From: the human T2T-CHM13v2.0 reference genome, Homo sapiens | Strand: one strand, 5' to 3' | NCBI RefSeq assembly: GCF_009914755.1 | Contig: NC_060947.1 | Length of the DNA stretch: 64,000 nt | Part shown: in pieces, positions 1 to 12,224 of the stretch | How the letters are laid out: each line of letters starts with the position of its first letter | Numbering within the stretch: the stretch's first letter is position 1 | Position numbers and translations under genes: made by a program | The notes under the pieces: generated by a model | The model's database searches: none | Told to the model about the DNA's origin: nothing | The model's input: the letters and a program-made list of their open reading frames with translations, nothing else

Positions 1-352
1 TCCTAGCATGCAAGGAAATCTCGGTCTTATTATTAGTGGACCACTAAGCTAACAGAACAAAGACTTTAGTGAACACACATAACAAAGAATAGAGTCTTTA
101 AAAATGTTTCTAAAAGTCACCAAACAAAAGAACAAACAAACCTACAACCCACAATAAGCAGTAACAACAAGCCCTGGAGAGAGATAATCTGATTCCCTGA
201 GTTACTGCATTATAATGTTTTAGACGTTCAATTTTCATCAAAAATATGTAATGCCTGCAAAGAAATTAAAAACTATGACTCAAGCACAGGAAGAAAAAGA
301 ACAGGTACTGTCCCTGAGGAAGTCTGAATGTGCTTCTTACTAGACAAAAGAC
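1..352 (+). mobile_element. Old L1 (L1M/L1MD-type) 5'UTR/ORF1-start fragment
   Basis: Contains the actgtccctgaggaag...cttactagacaaaagac-ttaaatc motif typical of the ORF1 start region of old mammalian L1s; A-rich. Confidence 0.55.
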
Positions 353-639
353 ATTAAATCTTACTAGACAAAAGACCAGGTGCCTCACCTGGGGATCCTG
401 AGGCCTTTATGTCCCCACTACTATTAAAATAGACCTGTCTTGGGATCCCTTTCCTTTAACAATACTTCCTGCTTTCTAATCCATATTGCTAACTTAACCT
501 GACCACTATAGTTCTCATTGAAAGTTGATTGGCATTCTACTTTGTAAATCAATCCTTGGTAAGTTTGGCTTAACTCTTGGCTCTTGCAAATGTGTTCATG
601 ACTCTGAAAAGCTGAAGACCAGCCCTTAGACATGGTAAC

Positions 640-1340
640 TGAGCAGATTCTGAACATATCTCTAACTGCCTATGGCACACTCAAATATAAAAACTCAAAA
701 TGTCCCAAGTTGAACTTGTCTTTTCTTAAAAAAAAAAAAAAATCCCTCCTTCTTTCTTTGTTCCCTCTCTTGAATGGTGTCACCATCATATACCTAGAAA
801 GTCAGAAGACATCTCTGAGTCAGCTGCATCCCACTTCCCCAGGAAAAACAGTTAAGACAGACTTCACTTCTTATAGTTTCAAAAATCCATCCCACACTTC
901 ATCCTCATCAGCCTTAACTTGGTTTGGATACACTTTATGTTCCCCTATGTCACTGCAAGTTTTTTGTTACTGTCCCTGTTTCCAGGTTTTCACCCACATC
1001 TCCACCAATGCTAAATTTATCCTCCTCATCCCAGGTAAGGTGATCCATAGAAAACATAAATATGACCACGCCACTCCCCTCTCCAATATACTTCAACAAA
1101 GAATATCAACTTATGATAAAGTTTGAATTCTAAGACCCATTAAAATCTAATTGCTGCCCTTACACCACTTGTTCTCCCTCTCTTCCACCTGAGGATCTCA
1201 CAACCTGATATATCCTCCACTGCTGACAGAGTGATGTACTCTCCACACAACCTAACCTTATCCTTCCTCTTTCAGTCCTTCTTCCCACCATGAACATATC
1301 CTCATTTCACCTGCTGTCTTCAGGATAAAGTTCAAACTCC
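640..1340 (+). mobile_element. Degenerate L2 fragments
   Basis: L2-like motifs (aactcaaaatgtcccaagttgaac; tgaccacgccactcccct; caggataaagttcaaactcc); boundaries approximate. Confidence 0.45.
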
Positions 1341-2049
1341 TTTATCCCTCTGATGTTAGTGTTTGCTACACCTCCAACTTGGCTGGATTATAGATATGGT
1401 CACAAAGGCAGATGAAGAAGGGCATACTAAGCAAACTCAGGAAATGAGCTAGTCATTAATGTCAGGCAGACACTGGCAGTGGGGAAAGGAAAGAATATGA
1501 ACAACTGAAATTCTTCCCAGAATGACTGTAGATAAAATAAGGGAGCAGAAAAGTTATCAAAACCATAGGCTGGAACCATATAGTGAAGGAATGAACTGTG
1601 ACCATCACATTCGTTACTCTAAAAGCATAATAAGTGGAAATTAATGATATAAAAGTAATAATTGATAACAATTAATATTACATATTGAATTCGTATAAAT
1701 TAGCAATAGTACTAGTATGAACAATTAATATTTATATAAGGATGATCTTCAGTCATCAGGAAAGGGTACATTATTTTCAGGGTACTTAGTTTAAGAAGCA
1801 GAGGTCACATGTAATTCTTTAAATTCCTATGAAAGAAGTATTAAAAGTTTGGGTGCTCAAAGCTGACACTGACAAGTAAAATGTATATATACATAATATA
1901 TATAATAGTATATATATCATATATAGATAATATATACATATATTGCAATTCAATCCCAAAAGATGCTCGGTACACGCAACTAAGATACTTAAAACATATG
2001 TTAGATATTTGTTATCTGCTAGGACTTGTACCAAAAGCTTTCCTTTGAT

Positions 2050-2200
2050 TTTGACAGATAGGTTGTGGTGAGTATTATTACTACTATTTACCAATTAGGA
2101 GATGGAGACTCAGGAATATCATCTACCTGCCCATGATCACAATCCGAGTGAGTGGTGGAGATAGGATCCACATCTGGGTCAATCTGACTCCAAAGCTATA
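2050..2200 (-). mobile_element. MIR SINE
   Basis: Reverse MIR core: ...gagactcagg...cctgcccatgatcaca...agtggtggagatagga...tctgactccaaagc. Confidence 0.55.
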
Positions 2201-2259
2201 ATTTCCTTGTATCTCAGTTTCACAAACTTTCCCTTTCTTTTCATGGCAGAAGGGCCAGA

Positions 2260-2615
2260 AATTGGCAGAAGATGAAAGCAAACATATTTTTTGAAAGAGA
2301 GAAATGCAAAAAGTTTGCATAGTGGTGGAAAGTCTGGAATGGCAGGGTGAAACCCTCCATAAACTTGTTCCTCCTTAAAAAAATGCAAATACTGGCAAAA
2401 ATTGTCACAATCAACTTTTTTAGAACTCTGGAAATTAAACAAAGGTTTGCAAGAATCTGAGAAGCTTTTATTAAACAAAAGCTGCTGAGTCTCAGTAAGA
2501 GCAGCAAGGCTTATGACTTTTTAACTTGAACTATCCCCATTCCTTTCTCCCCAGCTTCACAGAATCCTTAAAATCCAGCATCCTCAAAATCATGGCTGTG
2601 AAAACCATCAGGCTG
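2260..2615 (+). mobile_element. Old L1 5'UTR fragment (L1MD/L1ME 5'-type)
   Basis: atcaacttttttagaactctggaaattaaacaaagg...gagtctcagtaagagcagc matches the recalled L1M 5' consensus. Confidence 0.5.
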
Positions 2616-2955
2616 AAAAAGGATTCCTCCTCCACAAAAAAAAAGTCAAAATGTAAAAAGTCCAAATGTCCTTCCATTAGTAATGGTTATCTCTGAGTGT
2701 GGAGTGAGATTTGAGACTTGCTTTTTACTTTATAACACTTCTATACAATTAAATTATTATGAGTGTAACTTTTAAAATAAATGACACAATAAAGATAAAA
2801 CAGGAAGAAATCATTTCTGAAAATGCTCTAATGAGTGAAGGATGGTAGATGGAAATTATACAGAATTGCTTATGACTATTTCTAATTTTAAAAGTATATA
2901 AAATATTGACTTTTTAAGTGTGGTGTTCTGTCTTTAACTTTCATTTTTTTCATTT

Positions 2956-3318
2956 AATGTTCATTGCAGCACTATTCACAATAGCCAAGATATGGAATCA
3001 ACTTAAGTGCCCATCGATGGATGAATGGATAAAGAAAATGTAGTGCACATAGACAATGGAAAACTATTCAGCCTTAAAGAGGAGAAATCCTGGATCTGAA
3101 ACAACATAGGTAGATCTGAAGGACATTATGCTAAGCTAAATAAGCCAAACACAGAAAGGCAAATACTGCATGATCTCATTTATGTGCAGAATCTAAAAAA
3201 GTCAAACTCATAAAAACAGAGACTAGAACAGTAATTATCAGAGACTGCCAGGTGGGAGAAATGGGGAGATGTTGTTCAAAGAGTACCAAGTTTATAAGGT
3301 GAATAAGTTCTGGGGATC
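2956..3318 (+). mobile_element. L1MA-type 3' fragment (ORF2 end and 3'UTR)
   Basis: atgttcattgcagcactattcacaatagccaagatatggaatcaac...gatgaatggataaagaaaatg...gaataagttctggggatc. Confidence 0.8.
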
Positions 3319-3364
3319 AGGACCATGAATCTGGGGATCCGTTCCATGAACGGATCAGGATCTC

Positions 3365-3700
3365 TTCCAGGCCTTTGTCAATGCTGCTCTTTTCTGCTTG
3401 GAATGTCACTTCCCCTCTCAAACTCCTTGTCTAACTAACTCTTACTCATGTTTTATGCATTAAAATTATAGCATCACTTCTTCTTAAGTCCTTCCCTGCT
3501 CTCTAAAGTCTGGGTTAAGTTCCTTTCCTCTGAGCTCCCACAGATCTCTGGACCTCCTTCATATACCACTTATCATGCTGCAAAATGATTGCCTGTTCAG
3601 TTGCCTGTCACTTTCACCAGACAGCTATGGACTACCTTGTTCACCTTTGTGATCTAGCATCTCACCAAGATCATGGCATAGAGTAGGATCTTGTACCTAC
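3365..3700 (+). mobile_element. L2 3' end
   Basis: ggcctttgtcaatgctgctcttttctgcttggaatg...cttgttcacctttgtg...catggcatagagtagg. Confidence 0.55.
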
Positions 3701-4539
3701 AGTATGTTTTCAAACGAAATCAATACAGCACTTTGTTGTAATACGACAATATGTAAATAAAAGAGCATGCTGTGTTCACGGGACAGAGATTGAATAGGCC
3801 TGACTAGAATAGAAGATGCAGAAGCATGCTAGGAGTTGTGGGAATTAAGGATGAGTGGGTGCCAGGATGAGGCCTGAAGGGAGGGTCTTGAAAGGCTAAC
3901 AGATGAGTTTACACTTTCTGCTATTGGAAATCCATGGAGTCATTGAAAAGCTTAGTACAGGGGAGTGAGTGGTGTGTGTGATGTTGAAGGATCATTATTC
4001 TGGTATCAGTATGTAGGATGGATAGAAGGCAGGTATCACTGTGGTTATCCAGGCCAGCTAGTGATCATTTGGGCAGGAGAAATGAGGGCCTGGGCTAGGT
4101 TGGAGGTGGTAGAGTTGGAAAAGACTAGATGATGATAGTAAATTTTAAATGATCATCAACAGAAGCCTTGGAAAATCACCTCAGAATACATTTATAATAA
4201 ATAAACAGATTATTGCAGTCTATTTTTCAAATTCAGATAAAATCAAGTTAAAATTTAAATCAAGTCTTGAAAATAGTCACAGATTAGGGTAATTGAATGT
4301 GGCTGCTAGGGAAGCCGATCTCACCACTTTACAGCCTCACTTCATGAACCTCAGGTAATTTTTATTTTTGGTGTGAGGGACTTATTCCCTCTCCAAGCCT
4401 CTGCACCCTCCATTCCATGAGTTCCAACATGGAAGAACTCCTAAAATCACCTCCCCAACTGGCCTTAAGTTAGGAATAATTCTGCTGACTTGATACAAGT
4501 TTTTTGTGTGTGCGTAATTCTGCTGACTTGATACAAGCT

Positions 4540-4560
4540 TGTGTGTGTGTGTGTGTGTGT
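4540..4560. repeat. (TG)10 microsatellite
   Basis: Read directly from the sequence. Confidence 0.95.
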
Positions 4561-4964
4561 TCAACTGTTCTTTCAGAGTAATAGCATCTAGAAACACAAA
4601 GCTGTTTTGGCAAGGTCCTTTATTTGATGGATGTCCTGAGCTGAAGAGTTGCTTAATACACACACATACATTCACGTGCACACACATGAATGTGCACACA
4701 TGTATGCACATACACATTCTAAATAGAAAAAATGAATGAATTGAATGAGTTAGCCTAAATTAGAAGAATTTGCCATACAACATAGAAATAGAAGAACTCT
4801 AGTTTCTCTGCATAGATTAATGACAGTGAGTCCTAAAGCAATGCCAGTCAAAATAAGCTAGGAAGATATATCCAGAATGGGCATATAAAAGTTATTAGGA
4901 ATATAAAACAGCATAGTCAATTGATATGTAGATTTAATTTCTTCATTTGATATTATATGGAACT

Positions 4965-5200
4965 CATTAGAGTGAGGTGTTTAAGAGAGCTGGTTTTGCA
5001 GTCAGTCAGACCTGGCTCAAGTCCTAGCCACCACTTGCTAGCTACGTGATCTTGGGTACTTTGGCCTGTTTACAACTCGGTTTCCTCAGATGTCAAATGG
5101 AGGTACATATAATACTAATTCCATACGTTTTTGATGAAGATTCAGAAAATAGATACAAAGAGGCTGATAGATGATAGTGCTAAATACATAATAGCTATTG
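4965..5200 (+). mobile_element. MIR SINE
   Basis: cagacctggctcaagtcctagccaccacttgctagctacgtgatcttggg...ggtttcctcagatgtcaaatgg. Confidence 0.6.
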
Positions 5201-5597
5201 TCCTTTAAATACAAATGTAAGGGTTTATGTCCCTTATTAGTAATGTTTTCTCAACTGGCCAGATGGAAGACCACCACAGTGGAGTCAGAGGATGATGATG
5301 GAGATTATTAAGAAGCCAGAGAGAAGAGTCTCCACTGAGGAATAGGTGAACTAGAGCCTTCATTACGCTAACGTATGTCTGAAGAACTTTATAATAATTG
5401 ATTGGTACTGGCTGATCTTCTATAATAACATAGTGTACTTTCAAAAAGCTACCTATATTATGTAGTTACTGTGGAACTGAATGTGAAATTATGTTCAAAA
5501 GGCTTTTCTCTCTCAAATGTCCCTCTTCTGGTAATACTTCAAGATTTTGAACACCTGGGAGGCTGCTATTCAAGGAGTCATTCTTTTTTACTCTATT

Positions 5598-5782
5598 GCA
5601 GTCTTAAGAGCATTGTCTCTAGAACCAGACTACCTGGACTCAAATACTTGCTGTACTGCTTGATAGCTTTGTTGTCTTAGGAAATTTAATTAACCTCTCT
5701 GTTTCTTGGTTTCCACATCTCTAAAATGACAATAAAAATAGCACCTCCTTCATAGGATTGTTGTGAGAATTAAATGAGATAA
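5598..5782 (+). mobile_element. MIR SINE
   Basis: ttaacctctctgtttcttggtttccacatctctaaaatg...cataggattgttgtgagaattaaatgagataat. Confidence 0.7.
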
Positions 5783-6717
5783 TCCCTATGCTACCATGTA
5801 TTATTATGTTTTTATGTACATGTACTGTTTTCGTAACTAGATTGTAGCACATACCATTGAGAGAAGGAACTGTGCCCTATTTATCTTTGGAGTCAATGTC
5901 CATGGACATATGCTGTTGAGTATGAGGAAACTTAAAGTAATATTTTTCTTTAATACATAGATTTTCAAAGGCTACCAAAGGTGGTTTTAGTTGACATTTT
6001 CTATTTAGACTAAAAGTAGGTCCGTGAAATGGGTCATCTGCCACTCTAGCTTTATAAAGCAAAACCAGACAGTTCTCATATAATAATGGGTGTCTTAACT
6101 ACACTTATAATCCAATGTGCAGCATAAAGTTTTTGCCTTTATTTTGAAGAAATCCCAAAAGATGAAAGTGATTTTTGCAAAGTAAAGGATTTCTGCTGTA
6201 GCTATGGTATTGTATGGGACTTTTAGGCTTGCTTTCTAAAGAGTCTTTTTCTGGAGAGCATGTAATTGGCCACATTTGGATCCATCCTGATTTGTTGCCT
6301 AGCGATGGCCAAAGGAAGTCACCCTATGGTGAACCACAAGTCTGTTTGCCATTTTGGTTTCACACAAAGTGGCTTTGTAGCAATGTTTAGCAAAAACAAC
6401 ACAGTGCTCATTCGATCTCAAAACAGTTACATTGGGAGGATTCTATATTCTGATTCCCTGGTTTGCTCTGGGGCGCCCTAGGACCACTGTAAGATTTGGT
6501 TTAAGAAAGGGTCCAGTGACTCCAATAAAACCCCCTAGTTACTTAGCATCACTCTCTACAAATCTGGGTTTTTCAGAAACTCCAGGGGGAACTGATGATT
6601 CTGTATACCCCTTCAAGATTTCCTAACTGGCTTCAGGGGTCTGGACTCAATTAGAGTCTACTCTCTTATCAACTCGTATCCTTCAGGCTCTTTGACAGCC
6701 TTACTCTCCATATACCT

Positions 6718-7217
6718 TGGATTAGTTTTCTAGGGCTTCTGTTACAAAATACCACAAAGTAGGTGGCTTAAAATAACATAAAAGTATTGTCTCACAATTC
6801 TGAAGGCTAGAAGTCTGAAAGTGTCAGCAGGATTGCATTCCCTCTGAAACCCCTAAGGGAAATTCTTCCTTGCCGCTGTTTTAGCTTTTGGTGGTTGGCT
6901 GGCAATTTTGGCATTCTGTGGCTTGTACATGCATCACTCCAATCCTTTGTCTTCACATAGTATTCTCCCTGTGTGTCAGTCACATCATCTTCTCTCTGTT
7001 GCATATCTGTCTGTGTCCAAATTTCCCCTTTTTATAAGGACATATATTATAAAATCATATTGGATTAGGGCCCATACTAATGACCTCTTTATGGATTATC
7101 ACTGTAAAAACCCTATTTTCAAATAAGGTCACACTCTGAGAATGTGCCTGGGAATTAGGACTTTAATATATCTTTTTTGGGGGGATGGGGTGGAGAAGAA
7201 CACCTCAACCCATAACA
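6718..7217 (-). mobile_element. MaLR solo LTR (MLT1B/C-like)
   Basis: TG...CA termini, MLT1 internal motifs (aaataccacaaa...gtggcttaaa; ttggattagggcccat), exact 5-bp TSD TACCT at 6713-6717 and 7218-7222. Confidence 0.85.
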
Positions 7218-7554
7218 TACCTGCTTCTTGTTGTTTTGGTTTGTTTTTTAAAATTCACCAGATTTCAGTTCCCTGGCCCTTCCATGTTGTTCTAGTCAAT
7301 TAACCCTTATCTGTCTTTAATTCTTTCCTGATCTAGACTAGACCTGTGGTACATTATTCAATGACTCTATCCCCGTTATACTTCCATTCCACTTTCCAGA
7401 AAAACTCTAACCCTGGGTCAATTCGATTGCACCTGCCTTCTTTGTGCCTTCTTACTCTAGAGTTGCTGAGTGCTGCAAGAGGAAATCCTGCCACCATGTG
7501 GATGGGTGCCAGCCACTACACATTCATGATCTCCAATTCCAACTCAGTCCTTGG

Positions 7555-7600
7555 ATGCTGTCCAGGGTCCTCCAGAGATACAGAAACAATAGGAGGGGTG

Positions 7601-7638
<38 letters not shown>

Positions 7639-7763
7639 AGGGATTTTAAAGATTGTCTAAAAATCTGTGGGGGCTGGAAAATCTAAATTCTGTAGGACAG
7701 ACCAACAGGCTGGAGACCCAGAGAAGAATTGAGACAAGTTGATACATAAGATTAATCACCATA
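7555..7763 (-). mobile_element. ERVL LTR (MLT2-like), internally deleted, with (TG)n at 7598-7637
   Basis: tccagggtcctccagagatacagaaacaatagga...caggctggagacccag...aagttgatacataagattaatcacca. Confidence 0.65.
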
Positions 7764-8244
7764 TACCCTCATGCTCCACAAGAACTATTTGAAACATTCT
7801 CTACTCTTGTTAACCTTCAGTCATAGTAAAAAGGACTTTGATTCCTACTCTTCAGGGAAAATGGCCATTTTCAGTCAGGAAGTCCCTCACCTTTCTGCCT
7901 TCATGCCATTAAAAACCCACCCACCCCAGCCGTGATCCTTGCCTCCTCTCTTCCTGGCACAGAGGAAGGGAAGTCACTCCTAAACCCAGTCTCCCCATCT
8001 GTACTCTGGGTTTTAATTATCACTGCATTTTCAGAACCTATATGGTGTAAGGAATATGGTGGTCCTTCCTTAAGCATATGTTGAACGACTGAATGAATCC
8101 CTTCCTAAGCCCTTTCTTTCATTCTCCCCTCTTTCCCTCTATCCTCAACCTCTCCTTCCACTCTTTAATATTTCTCTGTAGTATTTAAACAAACTGAAGT
8201 CTTTACTACTATGGAATTGGCAACCTTGACCATGTTTCTTCTTT

Positions 8245-8605
<361 letters not shown>

Positions 8606-8865
8606 AAGTGTTGATGGGGAGAGGAGAGGGAAAAGTGTTATGGGAGCACTTAAAAGGAAACATTTAGTTCTACCTATTGGAAAGGAGAGAATCAAAGAAA
8701 ATAGAGACAGTGAGAGTTTGATTGTGTTGTAGACATCTATGTATTGTGCCTGCACCTAACACTCTCCTGGGCACATGGAAAGCACCCAGCAGTTGATTGT
8801 TAGTTCACCATTCTGTCTCTTCATCAGCTAGGCCATTTAACAGATTCATTTTGGCCAAGGAATGC

Positions 8866-9245
8866 TGTATTAGTTATGCTGTGGTAGCAACACTAAAAAT
8901 CTCACTGTCTGACTACAACAAAATTTAATTTCTTGCTCTCATAAAATCCATTGCAAGTCCAGGTGACACTCTGAGGCAGCTTTCCTTCATGTGGTGACTC
9001 AGTGGTGCCAGTTGCTTTGATTTTGTGGCACCCGAAATCTCTATACATGCTTCCATAATCACTTCAGGCATGGGAAGAAAGAGTGGAGGGTCTCACTCAG
9101 ACAATTAAATAACGTAATCATAAAATGTATCACTTTATCTCACAATTCATTGGCCAGAATAAGTCACATGGTCTGTCTCAATAGCAAAAGAGAATGGGGG
9201 AAGTGGAATCCCTCAGTGTGCTCAGAAGGAGGAGAACCAACTAGA
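8866..9245 (-). mobile_element. Old MaLR LTR (MLT1J/K-like)
   Basis: tgtattagtt start; ttggccagaataagtcacatgg motif. Confidence 0.55.
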
Positions 9246-9710
9246 CTAACATTAGCTAAGTGAATGCTAAATTTCACTTAAATAGATTTATTTATGCTAT
9301 GGACTAAACGTTTGTGTCACTCCCCAAATTCATATATTGAAATCTAATCACCAAGGTGATTATATTAAAAGGTCCTTGGGGTTGATTAGGTCATGAAGGA
9401 TCTGCCCTCCTGACTGGCATTACTGGCCTTATAAATGAGGCCCCAGAGAGCTGCTGTGCTGCTTGCACCATGTGTGAAGACGTATAGAAGGCACTATCTA
9501 TGAGGAACAGGCTCTTACCAGAAAGCAAATTTGCTGGTGCCTTGATCTTGGACCTCCCAGCCTCCAGGACTGTGAGCAATAAATTTCTACTCTTTATAAA
9601 TTACACAAAATACTTTGGTTGGTGCAAAATACTTTAGGCTGGTGCAAAAGTAATTGCGGTTTTGGACCATGAATTTTGAATCATTATAACTAGGCTCAAA
9701 CACATCTTTA

Positions 9711-11326
9711 TTAATCAAAATAGGAACCATTACAATTGATATAGGATTTAAGAAGAAATTACTTAGGTAGATAGTAAGGGTATGGGAGTCCCCAATAAGG
9801 CTTTTCTTTTTAATGAAAAGCAGCCCCAAATTATTTTCCTTTCTAATGAAGAGCAGCCTGTAAAATTAAGCTGCAGACACAGATACCAGCAGTTGTGCCA
9901 ATCATGTTCAAGACGGCAGCTCCATCTCCCCTTCTGTCAGCCACTGGTGTACAGTAAGAAGCAGACAAGATGGCACCGATCAACTGGAATACCCATTTGC
10001 ATAATAAGATTAGGGTGGGGCGACCCTTCTCCCACGCACTATGTAGACGTCATAACTGATTGAACCAATCTGTGAGAGCTATGTAAATCAGACACTGCCT
10101 CCTCAAACTGGACTATAAAACTCAGCGCATTCGCATCAGCAGTCCTTTTTTTTTTCCTCTTGGAGACCCTCTTTTGGGCTTTCTCAACATGAGGAAGCTT
10201 TCTCTCTCTTTTCTTCTTTTTCTGTTAAACTTTCTGCTCCAAAACCCACTCCTCTTGTGTGTCTGTGTCCTGAATTCCTTCTCTACTGAGACCAAGAGCT
10301 AGGGTATATACCCTAGACAATGGAGCTGTTTCACAATCAACACATTTTTGCCAAAGAGAAATAAGTTTGTCTATTCCTGTAGCATAAAAATCCATGCTTT
10401 GGGATTCGATGAACTCTTGGAAAGTATTTTCTGCCTCCTGCTGGTTGTGGAAGCATTTTCCCTGCAAAAAGTTGTCGAGATGCTTAAAGAAGTGGTAGTC
10501 AGTTGGCAAGAGGTCAGGTGAATATGGCGGATGAGACAAAACTTTGTAGCCCAATCTGTTCAACTTTTGAAGCATTGGTTGTGCAACCTGTGGTCGGGCA
10601 TTGTCATGGAGAAGAACTGGGCCCTTTCTGTTTACCAGTGCTGGCTGCCATCATTGCAGTTTTTGGTGCATCTCATCAATTTGCTGAGCACACTTCTCAG
10701 ATGTAATGGTTTCGCTGGGATTCAGAAAGCTGTAGTGGATTAGACAGGCAGCAGACCACCAAACAGTGACCGTGACCTTTTTATGATGCAAATTTGGCTT
10801 TGTGAAGTGCTGTGGAGCTTCTTCTCCATCCAACCACTGAGCTGGTGGTTGCTGGCTGTTGTATAAAATCCACTTTTCTTTGCATGTCACAATCCAATTG
10901 AGGAATGGTTCATTGTTGTTGTTATGTAAAATAAGACAATACTTCAAAACGACGATTTAAAAATTTTCGGTCAGCTCATGAGGCAACCACTTACAGAGCT
11001 TTTTCACTTTTCCAATTTGCCTCAAATGCCAAACGACTGTAGAATGGTCGACGTTGAGTTCTTCAGCAACTTTTCGTGTAGTTGTAAGCGATCAGCTTCT
11101 ATGATTGCTCTCAATTGGTTGTTGCCAACTTCTGATGGCCAGCCACTAAGTTCCTCATCTTCAAGTCTCTCGTCTCCTTGGACCACCACCACACTGCACG
11201 TTCGTTAACAGTTCCTGGGCCAAATGTATTTTTGGTGTTGTGAGTTGCCTCTGTTGCTTTACAACCCATTTTGAACTCGAATGAGAAAATCGCTCAAATT
11301 TGCTTTTTGTGTAACATCATTTCTAT
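9711..11326 (-). pseudogene. Hsmar1 (SETMAR-type) DD34D transposase pseudogene
   Basis: Peptides IVTCKEKWILY, VWWSAACLIHY, LLHDNARP, HPPYSPDLLPTDYHFFKHLDNFL, CVDC/NGSYFD*. Start ATG mutated to ATA, stops at 11294-11296 and 10651-10653, first catalytic Asp changed to Lys, LTR inserted near the C-terminus. Confidence 0.93.
9737..10333 (+). mobile_element. ERV1 (MER4-group, MER50-like) solo LTR
   Basis: TG...CA termini, 597 bp, exact 4-bp TSD CAAT (9733-9736 and 10334-10337), CCAAT and TATAAAA (about 10115) inside; family name from memory. Confidence 0.8.
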
Positions 11327-12224
11327 AGCCTAAAATAAACAGCAAGTAATAAGACATTAGCAAAAATAAATAAATAAATAATAAAAATAAACCGAGGGCC
11401 CATTAAAATGATGTCTAACATAACCATATTATTTAAGAATGTATTCCAATATTAAACCGCAATTTCCAACAATGCAAAAACCACAATTACATTTGCACCA
11501 ACCTAATATTTTATTATAGCAGCCCAAACAGACTAAGTCAATTCATGATTATTTGTGCTAAGTCAGTCTGTTAGCTATTGTGTTGACAGAGGCAACTACT
11601 CAAATATTTGGGCTTAGATGCTTTTGTTACAGTTGTTTTCCCTGACTGGAAACTATGCCATCACCTGTTTAGTGTATTGAGCCAACAATACTGTCATCTG
11701 GCGAAACGATTACATTACTTTGAGCCACTGTATTATCGATGATGTCACCATTTGGAAAATGTGGTTTGTATATGTTGCGAATGAAACAAGACAAACAGCC
11801 AAGTGACAGATCCAGGACAGATCTACTATGCTCTGTAGGTCTTTCTTATCAGATGAAGATTTTCTTCATTTGTATCCTTTGATGGGCGATTCAGCTATTT
11901 CCTTGAATTAGGTTGTCGTGCAACTTAAGTCACATCCATTATCCAGCTCTATCTATATTTCCTATATACAAACTCTATGAAGTTATATACCAAACGTACA
12001 TCTGGTGTGTGTTCCCAGAATGAGTGTCTAACATGCCAGGCCCTGAAAAATGACCCTAAAAACCTTTTGAGAATATATGCAGGTTATATGGAAGAATGAG
12101 AGAGGCCAATTAGCATTAGCTTCCTAATTCACCCCAAATATGGATGCTTAATGTATATTGATTATTGGAAAAATAAGATATCCTTTTTTTGTCTATCCTA
12201 GTATGAAAAGTGTAAAAGTTTGAT

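Larger units (their letters stand above)
9634..11506 (-). mobile_element. Hsmar1 mariner transposon, near full length
   Basis: TIRs ttaggctggtgcaaaagtaattgcggtttt (9634-9663) and aaaaccacaattacatttgcaccaacctaa (11477-11506) followed by TA; internal transposase remnants. Confidence 0.95.
9295..11540 (+). mobile_element. MaLR LTR (MLT1A-like) split by the Hsmar1 insertion (pieces about 9295-9612 and 11507-11540)
   Basis: tgctatggactaaacgtttgtgtc start; resumes as tattttattatagcagcccaaacagactaagtca; TSD attta/attca (4/5). Confidence 0.8.

Noticed and set aside
632-1126. 164-aa ORF
   Set aside because: Non-ATG start, crosses a poly-A run, lies in decayed L2 sequence, no domain.
5263-5345. Purine-rich exon-like segment (cag|ATGG...ATAG|gtgaac) encoding EDDDGDY in one frame
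   Set aside because: Stops occur in all three frames, I recognise no homologue, and there are no partner exons.
10225-10575. 116-aa ORF fusing the Hsmar1 catalytic C-terminus to antisense LTR sequence, as a possible new SETMAR-like chimera
   Set aside because: It begins at a non-ATG codon, lacks the DNA-binding domain and first two catalytic residues, and is simply read-through into the LTR.
11560-12050. Unique-looking stretch with IIDDVTIW, resembling a reverse-transcriptase YxDD motif
   Set aside because: The frame is short and the surrounding residues do not resemble RT; probably chance.
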